A stretch of 37,032 bases of DNA from the IMG/VR virus record IMGVR_UViG_2700989496_000004. One strand, 5' to 3'. The position numbers were made by a program, and so were the translations under genes. Of the stretch, positions 1 through 8,626 are shown piece after piece. Under the pieces are notes generated by a model. The model did no database searches and had not been told where the DNA came from. It was given only the letters and a program-made list of their open reading frames with translations. Origin of the DNA: a virus. Its lineage: Duplodnaviria; Heunggongvirae; Uroviricota; Caudoviricetes. Every line of letters starts with the position of its first letter. Within the stretch, counting starts at the first letter, position 1.

Positions 1-150
1 CCGATAGAGCGTGGTATCGCGGGCCCCGGATTACTTGCCCGCGTGTTAACGGGAAAATACTGCGAACATCTGCCACTGTATCGTCAGAGTGAAATCTTTG
101 CCCGCCAGGGTGTCGAACTGAGCCGGGCCTTACTCTCCAACTGGGTTGAC
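1..150 (+). pseudogene. IS66-family transposase fragment, interrupted by the prophage end
   Basis: Frame 1 from position 1 translates without stops to PIERGIAGPGLLARVLTGKYCEHLPLYRQSEIFARQGVELSRALLSNWVD, containing the HLPLYRQ motif recalled for IS66 transposases. The frame ends at a TGA (151-153) that is also the start of the Mu-like end sequence. Confidence 0.6.
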
Positions 151-228
151 TGATGCGCCGCGCGATAAATGCACTCTATCTTGTGCGATAAATGGCATCC
201 ACGCGGCGTTTCATTATTTGAAAAAGAA
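151..228. repeat. Prophage terminus (gin-proximal end) with putative transposase-binding repeats
   Basis: Starts 5'-TGATGCGCCGCGCGATAAATG, resembling the Mu R-end TGAAGCGGCGCACGAAAAAC as recalled. GCGATAAATG occurs twice (162-171 and 185-194), 23 bp apart, just outside the gin stop. Confidence 0.5.
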
Positions 229-801
229 TTACATTTCAGGTTGCGTTATGACAGTCCCAACAGGGTGATAGCGGTAGATCGTTGACAGTCCAATATCATA
301 GATAATTGCCAGCCGCTTTCTGTCATACCCTTTCTGGAGCAATCTTGCGATCTGCTCATGCTGCTCCTTCGTCAGTTTCGGGCGACGTCCTCCAACTCTT
401 CCTTGTGCTCGCGCAGCAGCCAGTCCAGCCAGCGTGCGCTCAACTATCAGTTCACGCTCCATTTCTGCCAGTGCACCCATCATATGAAAAAAGAACCTTC
501 CCATCGGAGTGCTGGTATCGATTGAATCCGTCAGACTGCGAAAATTGACACCTTTTGCGCGTAGCTCTTCTGTGAGAGCAATGAGGTGTTTCATTCTTCT
601 ACCCAACCGATCCAGCTTCCAGACCACCAATGTATCCCCTCTTTTAAGGCACTTTAAAGCGCGTTTCAGGCCTGGTCGTTCCGACTTGGTTCCGCTCATT
701 TTGTCCTCAAAAATCTGTTCACATCCTGCGCACATTAATGCATTGCGTTGCAAATCTGTGTTTTGGTCATTTGTTGACACACGTATGTAGCCAATCAGCA
801 T
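229..801 (-). CDS. gin: Serine DNA invertase, Gin/Hin/Pin/Cin family
   Basis: Protein begins MLIGYIRVSTNDQNTDLQRNAL, close to Mu Gin as recalled, about 190 aa. AAGGGAG lies 8 nt upstream of the ATG at 799-801. The 233-aa track ORF carries an unlikely N-terminal extension. Confidence 0.93.
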   Translation of the reverse strand: MLIGYIRVSTNDQNTDLQRNALMCAGCEQIFEDKMSGTKSERPGLKRALKCLKRGDTLVVWKLDRLGRRMKHLIALTEELRAKGVNFRSLTDSIDTSTPMGRFFFHMMGALAEMERELIVERTLAGLAAARAQGRVGGRRPKLTKEQHEQIARLLQKGYDRKRLAIIYDIGLSTIYRYHPVGTVITQPEM

Positions 802-857
802 TAAAAATACTCCCTTTTGAGTGGTTAAAGTACTGAGATAATGTGGGGAGGATTTGA

Positions 858-885
858 GAGATAAACGTTGGTTTGGGGGAAGGCT
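858..885. repeat. cix/gix-like crossover site 1
   Basis: Reverse complement reads CCTTCCCCCAAACCAACGTTTATCTC. It sits at the 5' edge of the conserved fibre segment shared by all three cassettes. Boundaries approximate. Confidence 0.55.
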
Positions 886-1301
886 CGGCGCTGCCCGTTG
901 GTGTACCTGTTCCGTGGCCCACTGCCACACCGCCAGCAGGCTGGTTAAAGTGCGACGGGCGCGCCTTTACAAAAGAACAATATCCTGTTCTGGCCAGAGT
1001 CTACCCGACCCTCCGTCTTCCCGATTTACGCGGTGAGTTTATCCGTGGATGGGACGACGGGCGAAAAGTGGATACAGGGCGCGATCTGCTTTCACGGCAG
1101 GATGGTACAAGTTTTTCTCATTACGCAGGTAATTTTGACATTGGGTCTGGTCATTCAATCAATAACTATGACCAAATCGTTGACAACCAACCTGGATTCT
1201 CCCGTTTTTCATTTGCAGGTCCTTCGCGAGGCGATGGGGTTAATTATGTGACCATTCGTCCCCGTAACATTGCGTTTAATTACATCGTAAGGGCGGCATA
1301 G
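873..1301 (+). CDS. Silent alternative tail-fibre C-terminal cassette 1 (no own start or promoter)
   Basis: First ~70 codons (GEGSALPVGVPVPWPTATPPAGWLKCDGRAFTKEQYPVLARVYPTLRLPDLRGEFIRGWDDGRKVDTGR) are identical to an internal segment of the expressed fibre 2394-3731. The tail then diverges and ends ...RPRNIAFNYIVRAA. Confidence 0.75.
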   Translation: MGEGSALPVGVPVPWPTATPPAGWLKCDGRAFTKEQYPVLARVYPTLRLPDLRGEFIRGWDDGRKVDTGRDLLSRQDGTSFSHYAGNFDIGSGHSINNYDQIVDNQPGFSRFSFAGPSRGDGVNYVTIRPRNIAFNYIVRAA

Positions 1302-1325
1302 AAACGTTGGTTTGGGGGAAGGCTC
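1298..1325. repeat. cix/gix-like crossover site 2
   Basis: AAACGTTGGTTTGGGGGAAGGCTC repeated at 1302-1325, same orientation as site 1. Boundaries approximate. Confidence 0.55.
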
Positions 1326-1773
1326 TGCATTGCCTGTTGGTGTACCGGTTCCATGGCCCACCGCCACACCGCCAGCAGGCTGGTTACAGTGCAACGGAGC
1401 TACGTTCACCAAAGAACAATATCCTGTTCTGGTCAGAGTCTACCCGACCCTCCGTCTTCCCGATTTGCGCGGTGAGTTTATCCGTGGATGGGACGGTGGT
1501 CGCAAGGTTGATACCGGGCGTGCGCTACTTTCATTTCAGGAAGGGACTATCGTATCCGGTTTTGATGATAATGATACCGGAGATATCAGTTCGCTCGGCT
1601 CTACACAATACGGATTTGGTGACGCTTTAACCTCTAATCAACTGGGGGTCTTAAATGGCAAAAAGTGGATATTTGATGCATCCTCTAAAGGTGCACAAAG
1701 ATATGACTGGTGGGCTTATGTATCAGCTCGCCCCCGCAATATCGCATTTAACTATATCGTGAGGGCGGCGTGA
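1312..1773 (+). CDS. Silent alternative tail-fibre C-terminal cassette 2
   Basis: Begins GEGSALPVGVPVPWPTATPPAGWLQCNGATFTKEQYPVLVRVYPTLRLPDLRGEFIRGW, then a distinct tip ending ...RPRNIAFNYIVRAA. No start codon of its own. Confidence 0.75.
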   Translation: MGEGSALPVGVPVPWPTATPPAGWLQCNGATFTKEQYPVLVRVYPTLRLPDLRGEFIRGWDGGRKVDTGRALLSFQEGTIVSGFDDNDTGDISSLGSTQYGFGDALTSNQLGVLNGKKWIFDASSKGAQRYDWWAYVSARPRNIAFNYIVRAA

Positions 1774-1779
1774 TACCGT

Positions 1780-2394
1780 TCAGCCGGCAAGCGCCAGTGG
1801 CGCTTCCGGCCAGCTGATTTCAGGTGCCTTGCTGATATCCAGTGCGTTCAGCTCGTCGATATAATCCAGCACGGCGTTCAGTTTTGCCGTTTCTTCTGGT
1901 TTCAGACTGCGACCAGCACGCAGTTTGAGGTTGATAAGATCGACGGACGCCATCGCCTGTTTCACCCGTTGCTGGCGTTGCTGTCTGGCAACCTCCAGTT
2001 CTGCGGCTCGCTGCCGTTCAGTATCGGTTACCCACGCCTCACCGTTCCAGGTATCCCATGGCGTGGCTGGCTGTTTTGTGGTGGTGTCCGCCGGGTAATC
2101 ACCCGGTTGGGTAATCAGAACGGGGTTACCGTTCTCCGTGCTGTATACCGTCTCGCCGCGGTGATCAGGCACATGCTCCCACCCGTTCAGCGTGGCAGTC
2201 CGGCAAACCACGTAACCCGAAATTGCTTCCGGCGGTGCATCGGCGCACGAATGTGCCGGAGTACCCACCCCAAGGGCGAGATACTCCACAGAGGATGAGG
2301 TGTATTCCCGGGTTTCCTCGTCATAGTGATATACAGTGATATCGCCCGCTACAGTGGCGATACCGTTTTCATCCAGAACTGCAGTGTTACTCAT
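1780..2394 (-). CDS. Tail fibre assembly protein (Tfa, Mu U-like)
   Basis: 204 aa immediately downstream of the fibre gene, start overlapping the fibre stop. Call rests on position and recalled Tfa-like character. Confidence 0.7.
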   Translation of the reverse strand: MSNTAVLDENGIATVAGDITVYHYDEETREYTSSSVEYLALGVGTPAHSCADAPPEAISGYVVCRTATLNGWEHVPDHRGETVYSTENGNPVLITQPGDYPADTTTKQPATPWDTWNGEAWVTDTERQRAAELEVARQQRQQRVKQAMASVDLINLKLRAGRSLKPEETAKLNAVLDYIDELNALDISKAPEISWPEAPLALAG

Positions 2395-3731
2395 TAAACT
2401 GCCCTCACAATGTAATTAAGTGCAATGCTACGGGGTCTGACAGTGATACCCTTCGCATACCCGCTTCTGATAGAGGTCAGAATAGTAGCCTGCATACCAT
2501 TGTCTGACATTGCCACGACAGGATCGCTGAATGTTGTCCCGTCCGGCATTTTAAAGCTGCCCTCACGAAGGTCTGTAATGGAATCTTCATTGTTGAATCC
2601 CATGCCGACTATCCCCGAGGTTCCCGTAGTGTCCTGGTTATAATAATCCAGCATTGCTGTTCTTAACAGCGTTGCCCCTTGTGCGGACAGCAACTTACGT
2701 CCTGTATCAACTTTGCGCCCGTCGTCCCATCCACGGATAAACTCACCGCGTAAATCGGGAAGACGGAGGGTCGGGTAGACTCTGGCCAGAACAGGATATT
2801 GTTCTTTTGTAAAGGCGCGCCCGTCGCACTTTAACCAGCCTGCTGGCGGTGTGGCGGTGGGCCACGGAACAGGCACACCAACGGGTAGCGCCGAGCCTTC
2901 TCCTAAACCAAGGTAATTGAGGACATCTTTTATACTGCCCTTAGCGATAATAGCGCGACCAATAGCTGTAAGGGTTGCCAGCTCTGCGCGGTCTGCTCCG
3001 GTAAAATAAGGCAACCGATCTGCTGCAGTGGCAAGTCCTGCCAGAGCAGTGAGCGTGGCATCTGCCGGTTGTTTTCCGTTTGCCAGATCGTATGCAGCCT
3101 TGACCGCTTTCGGTGTGGCGGCCAGTATTTCAGACGTGCTGTTGATGGCACTGCTCAATTGTACGGTGCCTTTTGCCGTCAGCGAGGCAGCAGGCACTCC
3201 CGTTATCTGACTCCACGGGTGAGTGTGGCTGACGGGCGCCTTGCCGGCTGCAAGGTCGTATGCAGCCTTGACCGCCTTCGGCGTGGCAGCCTCAGTTTCT
3301 GATTGACTGTCCGTGGCGCTGCTCAGTTGTACGGTGCCTTTTGCCGTCAGTGAAGCCGCAGGCACTCCCGTTATCTGACTCCACGGGTGAGTGTGGCTGG
3401 CAGGCGCCTTGCCGGCTGCCAGGTCGTATGCAGCCTTGACCGCTTTTGGTGTGGCGGCCAGCGTTTCAGAGGTGCTGTTGGTGGCACTGCTCAGTTGGGT
3501 GAACCCCTTAGCTGTCAGTGTCGCGTCCGGGTGGTTACGGGAACGTACGTGTTCAGCCAGTGACTGTGCGGCTTCCTCCGTTTTCTTCTTCAGCCATTTC
3601 GTCCTGTTTGCCAGTTGCCGGGGGGCTCGATTTGATATCCCGTCTGCACCACCCAGAACCGGATCTGATGTCTCCAGTTGATAGATATTTTCTTCCCACT
3701 TTTCTGTTTCATTCAGGTTTCCCATAATCAA
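2394..3731 (-). CDS. Tail fibre protein (constant N-terminal part plus currently expressed variable tip)
   Basis: 445 aa with three ~55-aa tandem repeats (TAKG..QLSSA..S.SE..AATPKAVKAAYDLAAGK...HTHPWSQITGVPAASL) followed by the conserved crossover segment and a tip ending ...RPRSIALNYIVRAV. Start overlaps the stop of the upstream gene. Confidence 0.88.
   Translation of the reverse strand: MIMGNLNETEKWEENIYQLETSDPVLGGADGISNRAPRQLANRTKWLKKKTEEAAQSLAEHVRSRNHPDATLTAKGFTQLSSATNSTSETLAATPKAVKAAYDLAAGKAPASHTHPWSQITGVPAASLTAKGTVQLSSATDSQSETEAATPKAVKAAYDLAAGKAPVSHTHPWSQITGVPAASLTAKGTVQLSSAINSTSEILAATPKAVKAAYDLANGKQPADATLTALAGLATAADRLPYFTGADRAELATLTAIGRAIIAKGSIKDVLNYLGLGEGSALPVGVPVPWPTATPPAGWLKCDGRAFTKEQYPVLARVYPTLRLPDLRGEFIRGWDDGRKVDTGRKLLSAQGATLLRTAMLDYYNQDTTGTSGIVGMGFNNEDSITDLREGSFKMPDGTTFSDPVVAMSDNGMQATILTSIRSGYAKGITVRPRSIALNYIVRAV
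2893..2920. repeat. cix/gix-like crossover site 3 (inverted relative to sites 1 and 2, inside the expressed fibre gene)
   Basis: Minus strand reads ACCTTGGTTTAGGAGAAGGCTCGGCG..., i.e. TTCTCCTAAACC-AA-GGT on the complement. Homology to cassettes 1 and 2 begins here. Boundaries approximate. Confidence 0.55.
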
Positions 3732-4306
3732 CTGCTCCCGTGGTTATAACTGCCATCATGGATGGCGGTATTGTTATAGCGAATGGCCACAGACTGATAC
3801 TCCAGGCTGGCCAGATGGCAGCGGGCCGGTGCAAATGCAGCCAGCGTCTGACGCAGCATCGCGGCCTGATCGTTAGTAATGGGCTGTTTCAGAATAACGC
3901 GATAAACTGCCCAGGCGGCTGCATCTCCATGAACAAACAGTCCGTTATAGCTGCGATTGCCGTCGTAACTGAGACGACCTGTGCCTTCAATCAGATCCAC
4001 TTCACCAAAGCCAAAACGGCGGATAACTTCCCGGATTGACCACGGCGTCCCTTTATACCGGTGCAGTTCGATGGCTGCTTTTATAAGCATGCGGCGAACA
4101 TCGTCCGATTCCGCCAGCTCCCAGCCATCGCCAGACAGTGAGAACTGCTCGCCCAGCCATGGCAGCGCGGAACTGTCGACGATATCGACGAGAAAGACCA
4201 TCAGTACGCTCAGGTCGATGTTATCCAGCCGTCCTGCCAGTCTTCCCAGCGTCCTGAGACTGATATCACCCTCAAGCGGTGGCGGGAGTTGTAATGGCTC
4301 AGTCAT
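3728..4306 (-). CDS. Tail protein, P2 gpI / Mu gp48-like
   Basis: 192 aa, position between the baseplate J-like gene and the fibre gene, start and stop overlapping neighbours. Confidence 0.65.
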   Translation of the reverse strand: MTEPLQLPPPLEGDISLRTLGRLAGRLDNIDLSVLMVFLVDIVDSSALPWLGEQFSLSGDGWELAESDDVRRMLIKAAIELHRYKGTPWSIREVIRRFGFGEVDLIEGTGRLSYDGNRSYNGLFVHGDAAAWAVYRVILKQPITNDQAAMLRQTLAAFAPARCHLASLEYQSVAIRYNNTAIHDGSYNHGSS

Positions 4307-5402
4307 CAGACACTCCAGTCATGTTAAGAGTGATTGCCGTACAGTTTGCCCATTCGTTTTCTGCCACCACCCGCAGTGCCGGTGTCACCAGTTCAACCTG
4401 GTACACCCCGGAAACGGACAATGCACTGATAATCTGGCTGGGGACAATATCGCGCCCCAGCGTGGCGGCACGTGATGCCACCCAGTTCTGTATGGCGCTG
4501 TTAGCGGCATCTTTTACAGACCTGGCATCCTGATCACGATAGATCGTAATCCTGGCTTCAATGGTGTAATCCACCTTCACTGGTGTTTTAGCCCGCACTG
4601 TATCAGTGAGTGGCCTGACTTTCTCATCAGAGCAGAAACTCTCTACCAGCGTGAGAACACCGCCGTCCGGCAGACCGGTACTGAGCAGCGGATACAGATC
4701 TACGGTCCCGGGAACCGGGGAAAGCACAGCAACATCGACAATGTTGGGATGGGCCTGCATGGCATGAAAGCGGTATGCGCCACGGCTTCCGGCATTGGTG
4801 AATGACTCCGGGGCCAGCCTGATACGCTCCCGGAGCCTGTCATCGTCTTCCTGTTCTGAACCGCCGGAACTGGCCATCAGATTGCTCACCAGCAGGTTAA
4901 CGTTATCAATCTCATCGAGTAACTGACTGACCTGCGCAGGTTGCCAGCCGTTACCAGCGGTACCGGGTTCGGTACAGGTGGCCGTGACATTGACCAGCAG
5001 CAATCCGGCCTTCAGTACCACATCTGTATCGGTGGCAAAAATAACGCTGTCGGAAGCGCTGACGCGGGTGCCTGCCGGGATCAGCACATCAATGGCCAGT
5101 GCCTCATCTACGGAGAACTGGAGCGTGGTGGTGGCAGGCTGCGCGGCAAGACGGTATACACCGACCAGTTCACCGAGGTAATCAATCATCGGCTCACGGG
5201 CAAAGGCGACCAGATTCTGCTTTGCTGCCTCCTGTACCGCAACCCTGACCAGCATTTCGCGATAGGCCCACAGATCAATCAGCAGACGTTCTGCCTGTGC
5301 CGGGTACAGCGTTTTGCCGGTATCCGCTTCATACTTCGCAATCATTTCTGCCGTGATTTTGTCGGCATCGCGTTCAATAAAATCGGGTTCTGTCAGCGCC
5401 AT
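4299..5402 (-). CDS. Baseplate J-like protein (P2 gpJ / Mu gp47-like)
   Basis: 367 aa, in the V-W-J-I-fibre order typical of P2/Mu baseplate modules. Confidence 0.75.
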   Translation of the reverse strand: MALTEPDFIERDADKITAEMIAKYEADTGKTLYPAQAERLLIDLWAYREMLVRVAVQEAAKQNLVAFAREPMIDYLGELVGVYRLAAQPATTTLQFSVDEALAIDVLIPAGTRVSASDSVIFATDTDVVLKAGLLLVNVTATCTEPGTAGNGWQPAQVSQLLDEIDNVNLLVSNLMASSGGSEQEDDDRLRERIRLAPESFTNAGSRGAYRFHAMQAHPNIVDVAVLSPVPGTVDLYPLLSTGLPDGGVLTLVESFCSDEKVRPLTDTVRAKTPVKVDYTIEARITIYRDQDARSVKDAANSAIQNWVASRAATLGRDIVPSQIISALSVSGVYQVELVTPALRVVAENEWANCTAITLNMTGVSDD

Positions 5403-5740
5403 AGCAGCTCCTGAGTCCGGGTCTGTCCGTCTGAGCCTTTCCAGCTCACCCGGAGCGTAAGATGTTCGCCGTCGACGGCGGGTTTAACTGACATAAGCTG
5501 GCAGCGGGGCTCCCAGCGCCGGATGGCATCGACGGATTCGCGCACCACATGCGGAATGGCCCGGTCTACAGGCCAGTCGATATAAAGATGCAGATTGCTG
5601 CCGAACTCCGGGCGATGCGGGTCGCTGCCGCGGGGAGTCCGCAGGATAATTTGAATCGCCTGCCGGATATCATCCAGCCCCCGGACAATTTCGCCGGGAG
5701 CCTGCAGGGCTGGTTGCCAGAATACTGAGGTTGTTTTCAT
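5393..5740 (-). CDS. Baseplate wedge protein, gpW/gp25-like
   Basis: 115 aa, size and position typical of GPW/gp25 family. Confidence 0.7.
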   Translation of the reverse strand: MKTTSVFWQPALQAPGEIVRGLDDIRQAIQIILRTPRGSDPHRPEFGSNLHLYIDWPVDRAIPHVVRESVDAIRRWEPRCQLMSVKPAVDGEHLTLRVSWKGSDGQTRTQELLWR

Positions 5741-5794
5741 GGGGGCAGTATTGCCCCCGTGCGGGAACGCTGATATTAAAGGCGTTTAAAAAGC

Positions 5795-6391
5795 TCAGTG
5801 GGAGTGGTGGCTGGAGTTTTCGCCATCAGACAACATACTGCCCGTGGCATGGACATTCCCTTTAATCTCGATATTGCCATGGATGGTCGCGGTAACACCT
5901 TCACCACCAGAACCCGCCATGCCTCCTTCGTAAATCAGCTTACCCCTGACACGCAGATCTCCGGTAAGTTCGGTTTCCGGTGCGTCAATCGTGGCTTTCT
6001 GTGTTTTCAATACCACATCAGCACCACACTCAATGACAATATGCTCAATGCCGCCCCGGATGATCAGAGTGTGCGTCTTCCGGTTGTAGCTGTACTCTGC
6101 ACCATCAGCAAACCGGGTTCCCCGGATATTTTTGTCACTGAACGGTGGTTTATCGACGTCTGAATACACCGCGCCCAGAATAACACCATCCTCGCCGTTG
6201 GCATCGAGCAGCACCTCAACCTGCTCCCCCACGTCAGGGAGCCAGTAATCTTTGTTATCCTGGGTATTGCGCTGCAGCACGTTAAGCCAGTTTGTGCGCA
6301 GGTTATCGCATTCAGGCAGACGAACGCGGGCCTGAACCCTGTCGGCATCAACGGCACTGACCGTACCGACCTGACGAGTGACACCAGTCAT
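5795..6391 (-). CDS. Baseplate assembly/spike protein, gpV-like
   Basis: 198 aa with a Gly-rich C-terminus, between the gpD-like and gpW-like genes. Confidence 0.7.
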   Translation of the reverse strand: MTGVTRQVGTVSAVDADRVQARVRLPECDNLRTNWLNVLQRNTQDNKDYWLPDVGEQVEVLLDANGEDGVILGAVYSDVDKPPFSDKNIRGTRFADGAEYSYNRKTHTLIIRGGIEHIVIECGADVVLKTQKATIDAPETELTGDLRVRGKLIYEGGMAGSGGEGVTATIHGNIEIKGNVHATGSMLSDGENSSHHSH

Positions 6392-7542
6392 TTTTTCTTC
6401 TCCTTAATCACCGTCGATGTACTGCCATCCGGGTGATAAACCGTGAGTTTCTGAGTTTTTTGTTTTTTCCCTCTTGTGACTGGCCCCCGTGCCACTTCCA
6501 GCTCTGTGGTGTAGCCGCTGTTACGGTCAAACGCATGGCGGGCAGTGGTTATGAGCCATGGCCCGGATAACTGCCCAAAACTCACCAGTTCAATTTTGTT
6601 GCCTGCTGTCAGTTGAGGTGTTCCCGTCAGCGTCAGGGAGCCGTTCTGCTGGTATTCGTTATGTCTGGCCAGTGCTGAATCCGCTTTAATCCGGGCACTG
6701 TCCGGGTCGCTGACGCGGCTGTTAACTTTAAGTGAGTCAGCGCTGGTAACCTTACCACCTTTGAGCTTTTTGTCGCTTTCACGGGTACCACCATCAGCTT
6801 CGTAGACGATCAGTTTTTTACTGCTGCTTTTCTGGTGTTTTACCTTTGCAGATTTATAGACCCGGTTGATGGTGTCACGCAGGGAAAAGCGGGCCACATC
6901 CTGCGGTTTTAACTGCCTGACCGGCTCCTGACTGCGCAGTGTGGCCAGATGAGAAAAAATCAGCTGGTCACTGACCACTTTCACTGCATAACCATACTCG
7001 CTGGCCAGCCGGCGCAGAAAACCCACGTCGGTTTCAGCATACTGGGTCACCCGGTCGATTCTGATGGACTCAATGCTGCCCACCAGTTTCAGCCGGTGCT
7101 TTCTGGCAATCCGCCCCGCAACAGCTGCCAGCGTGGTGTTCTCAAAACCACGACTGGTTTTAGTCCGCAGGGCACTGTTAACCGAGGTGGCCACCCCACG
7201 GATAGAAACAACGGAAGCGGGCGAACTCACTTCGATCTCGTCTATAGAGAACGTACCGCAGGACAGCAGCTTCTCGCCCTGATAGCCCATTTTCAGCGTC
7301 AGCGTGTCACCCTTGCCCGGATACCATTTATCCAGCCAGCGGCCATCGGTGTCGTCCAGCTCCACCTCAATGGTATCGGACTCATTTTTGATGTTATCGC
7401 TCCAGGTCACACGGGTGACATAAGGCGCGATATCAGAGGTGATGTTTTTCTGCAGATACCACAGAGTGAACACCGGTGTCAGCACATCGCTGACGCCGGT
7501 TAACGCTGATGTGACTTGCGCAGTGCTGTTTATCTCAGCCAT
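6388..7542 (-). CDS. Tail protein, P2 gpD / Mu gp44-like
   Basis: 384 aa, follows the gpX-like gene and precedes the baseplate genes, translationally coupled. Confidence 0.7.
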   Translation of the reverse strand: MAEINSTAQVTSALTGVSDVLTPVFTLWYLQKNITSDIAPYVTRVTWSDNIKNESDTIEVELDDTDGRWLDKWYPGKGDTLTLKMGYQGEKLLSCGTFSIDEIEVSSPASVVSIRGVATSVNSALRTKTSRGFENTTLAAVAGRIARKHRLKLVGSIESIRIDRVTQYAETDVGFLRRLASEYGYAVKVVSDQLIFSHLATLRSQEPVRQLKPQDVARFSLRDTINRVYKSAKVKHQKSSSKKLIVYEADGGTRESDKKLKGGKVTSADSLKVNSRVSDPDSARIKADSALARHNEYQQNGSLTLTGTPQLTAGNKIELVSFGQLSGPWLITTARHAFDRNSGYTTELEVARGPVTRGKKQKTQKLTVYHPDGSTSTVIKEKKK

Positions 7543-7745
7543 GGGGCAATATCCTCTTCTGTACGGGCTTCTTCAGCCTCAATCACCGGGATCAGTAACA
7601 ACAGCCCGGAGGGCAGCACCGGCGTGATGGCCACGTGCGGATTGGCGGCAATAATCCGGGGATAGCCCAGCGGGTCACCGTAGTACTGCCATGCCAGCGA
7701 ATCCCAGCGCTCTCCGTCACGGGTAACATGTTCAAGAAACATCAC
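7530..7745 (-). CDS. Tail protein X-like (LysM-like small tail protein)
   Basis: 71 aa, MMFLEHVTRDGERWDSLAWQYYGDPLGYPRIIAANPHV resembles P2 gpX as recalled. Confidence 0.65.
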   Translation of the reverse strand: MMFLEHVTRDGERWDSLAWQYYGDPLGYPRIIAANPHVAITPVLPSGLLLLIPVIEAEEARTEEDIAPWLR

Positions 7746-8626
7746 ACACTCCTCGTCAGTATTCTGGCGGCCATTGCACTTAATCCCGGAGACATGCGGT
7801 TGAATGCTGTGCCGACGGCGTTAAGCTGCCCGGAAACGGTATCCAGAGCACCTGCAATATTTCTTTTGTCCACACCACTCAGCGCAGACTGTGCCTGCTG
7901 TACATACGTGGCTGCTTCGCTGGCTGTTCTGGCCAGACTGATGGCATCGGGCATGGATTCAGAGAGTGCGTTAAACGCCGGAACACTTTTCCCCAGAGCC
8001 CCGGAGATATTACCCAGTCCGCTCATCAGCCCCGGCACACGGGTCAGTGCGACAACGGGGTTATCCTTCATTTTCTGTGTCACCCGAACGGCGCTGATAG
8101 TGGTCTGGAGTACAGACTGCGCCTGTTTCGCATAGTTGACGCCGTTGCGGATGAACTGCGCCACCCCTGAAGGTGAAGGTATGGCACCGGAGACCGCCCC
8201 GACACCCGGGAGCTTCGTGCGTATTGCCGGTGGTTGCAGAGGATTTTTCGGGTCACCGGTGTATTCCCGGAGAGACACGGTGGCACTGACAGCCAGCACG
8301 TTGCCGGTACTGTCAGTCTGCTCGCTGGTTGCAGTCACATCGGTGATCACGAACCAGCCGCGATAGTCACCGTTGCCGAAGACCAGCGCCAGTGCCTGAT
8401 GGGCTTTCATGGCTGTTCGCAGTCTCGCCAGCTCCACATCGGGTACACAATAATGCTGATGGAAAACCAGAGTTATCTGGATTTCGTCCAGCCTGTCGCC
8501 GACGAACTGCAGACCAGGCTTACCCCCGATGCGGGCATGCTCCGCATAATCGACGCCGAACGTGGCCTCGAAGCCGTCCCAGTAGGTAATCAGCTCAAAC
8601 TCAATATCACCCAGTACGGCAAACAT
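7742..8626 (-). CDS. Tail-associated protein (gpU / DNA-circulation N-domain-like)
   Basis: 294 aa immediately downstream of the tape measure gene. N-terminus MFAVLGDIEFELITYWDGFE...LQFVG resembles gpU-type proteins as recalled. Confidence 0.5.
   Translation of the reverse strand: MFAVLGDIEFELITYWDGFEATFGVDYAEHARIGGKPGLQFVGDRLDEIQITLVFHQHYCVPDVELARLRTAMKAHQALALVFGNGDYRGWFVITDVTATSEQTDSTGNVLAVSATVSLREYTGDPKNPLQPPAIRTKLPGVGAVSGAIPSPSGVAQFIRNGVNYAKQAQSVLQTTISAVRVTQKMKDNPVVALTRVPGLMSGLGNISGALGKSVPAFNALSESMPDAISLARTASEAATYVQQAQSALSGVDKRNIAGALDTVSGQLNAVGTAFNRMSPGLSAMAARILTRSV

Noticed and set aside
151-228. Expected com/mom DNA-modification genes between gin and the prophage end
   Set aside because: Only 78 bp separate the gin stop from the end and no ORF fits. 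The module appears absent rather than missed.
229-930. Full 233-aa gin track ORF and overlapping plus-strand ORFs 306-548 and 509-790
   Set aside because: The invertase starts at the internal MLIGYIRVST with a good ribosome-binding site (799-801). The upstream extension and antisense ORFs lack support.
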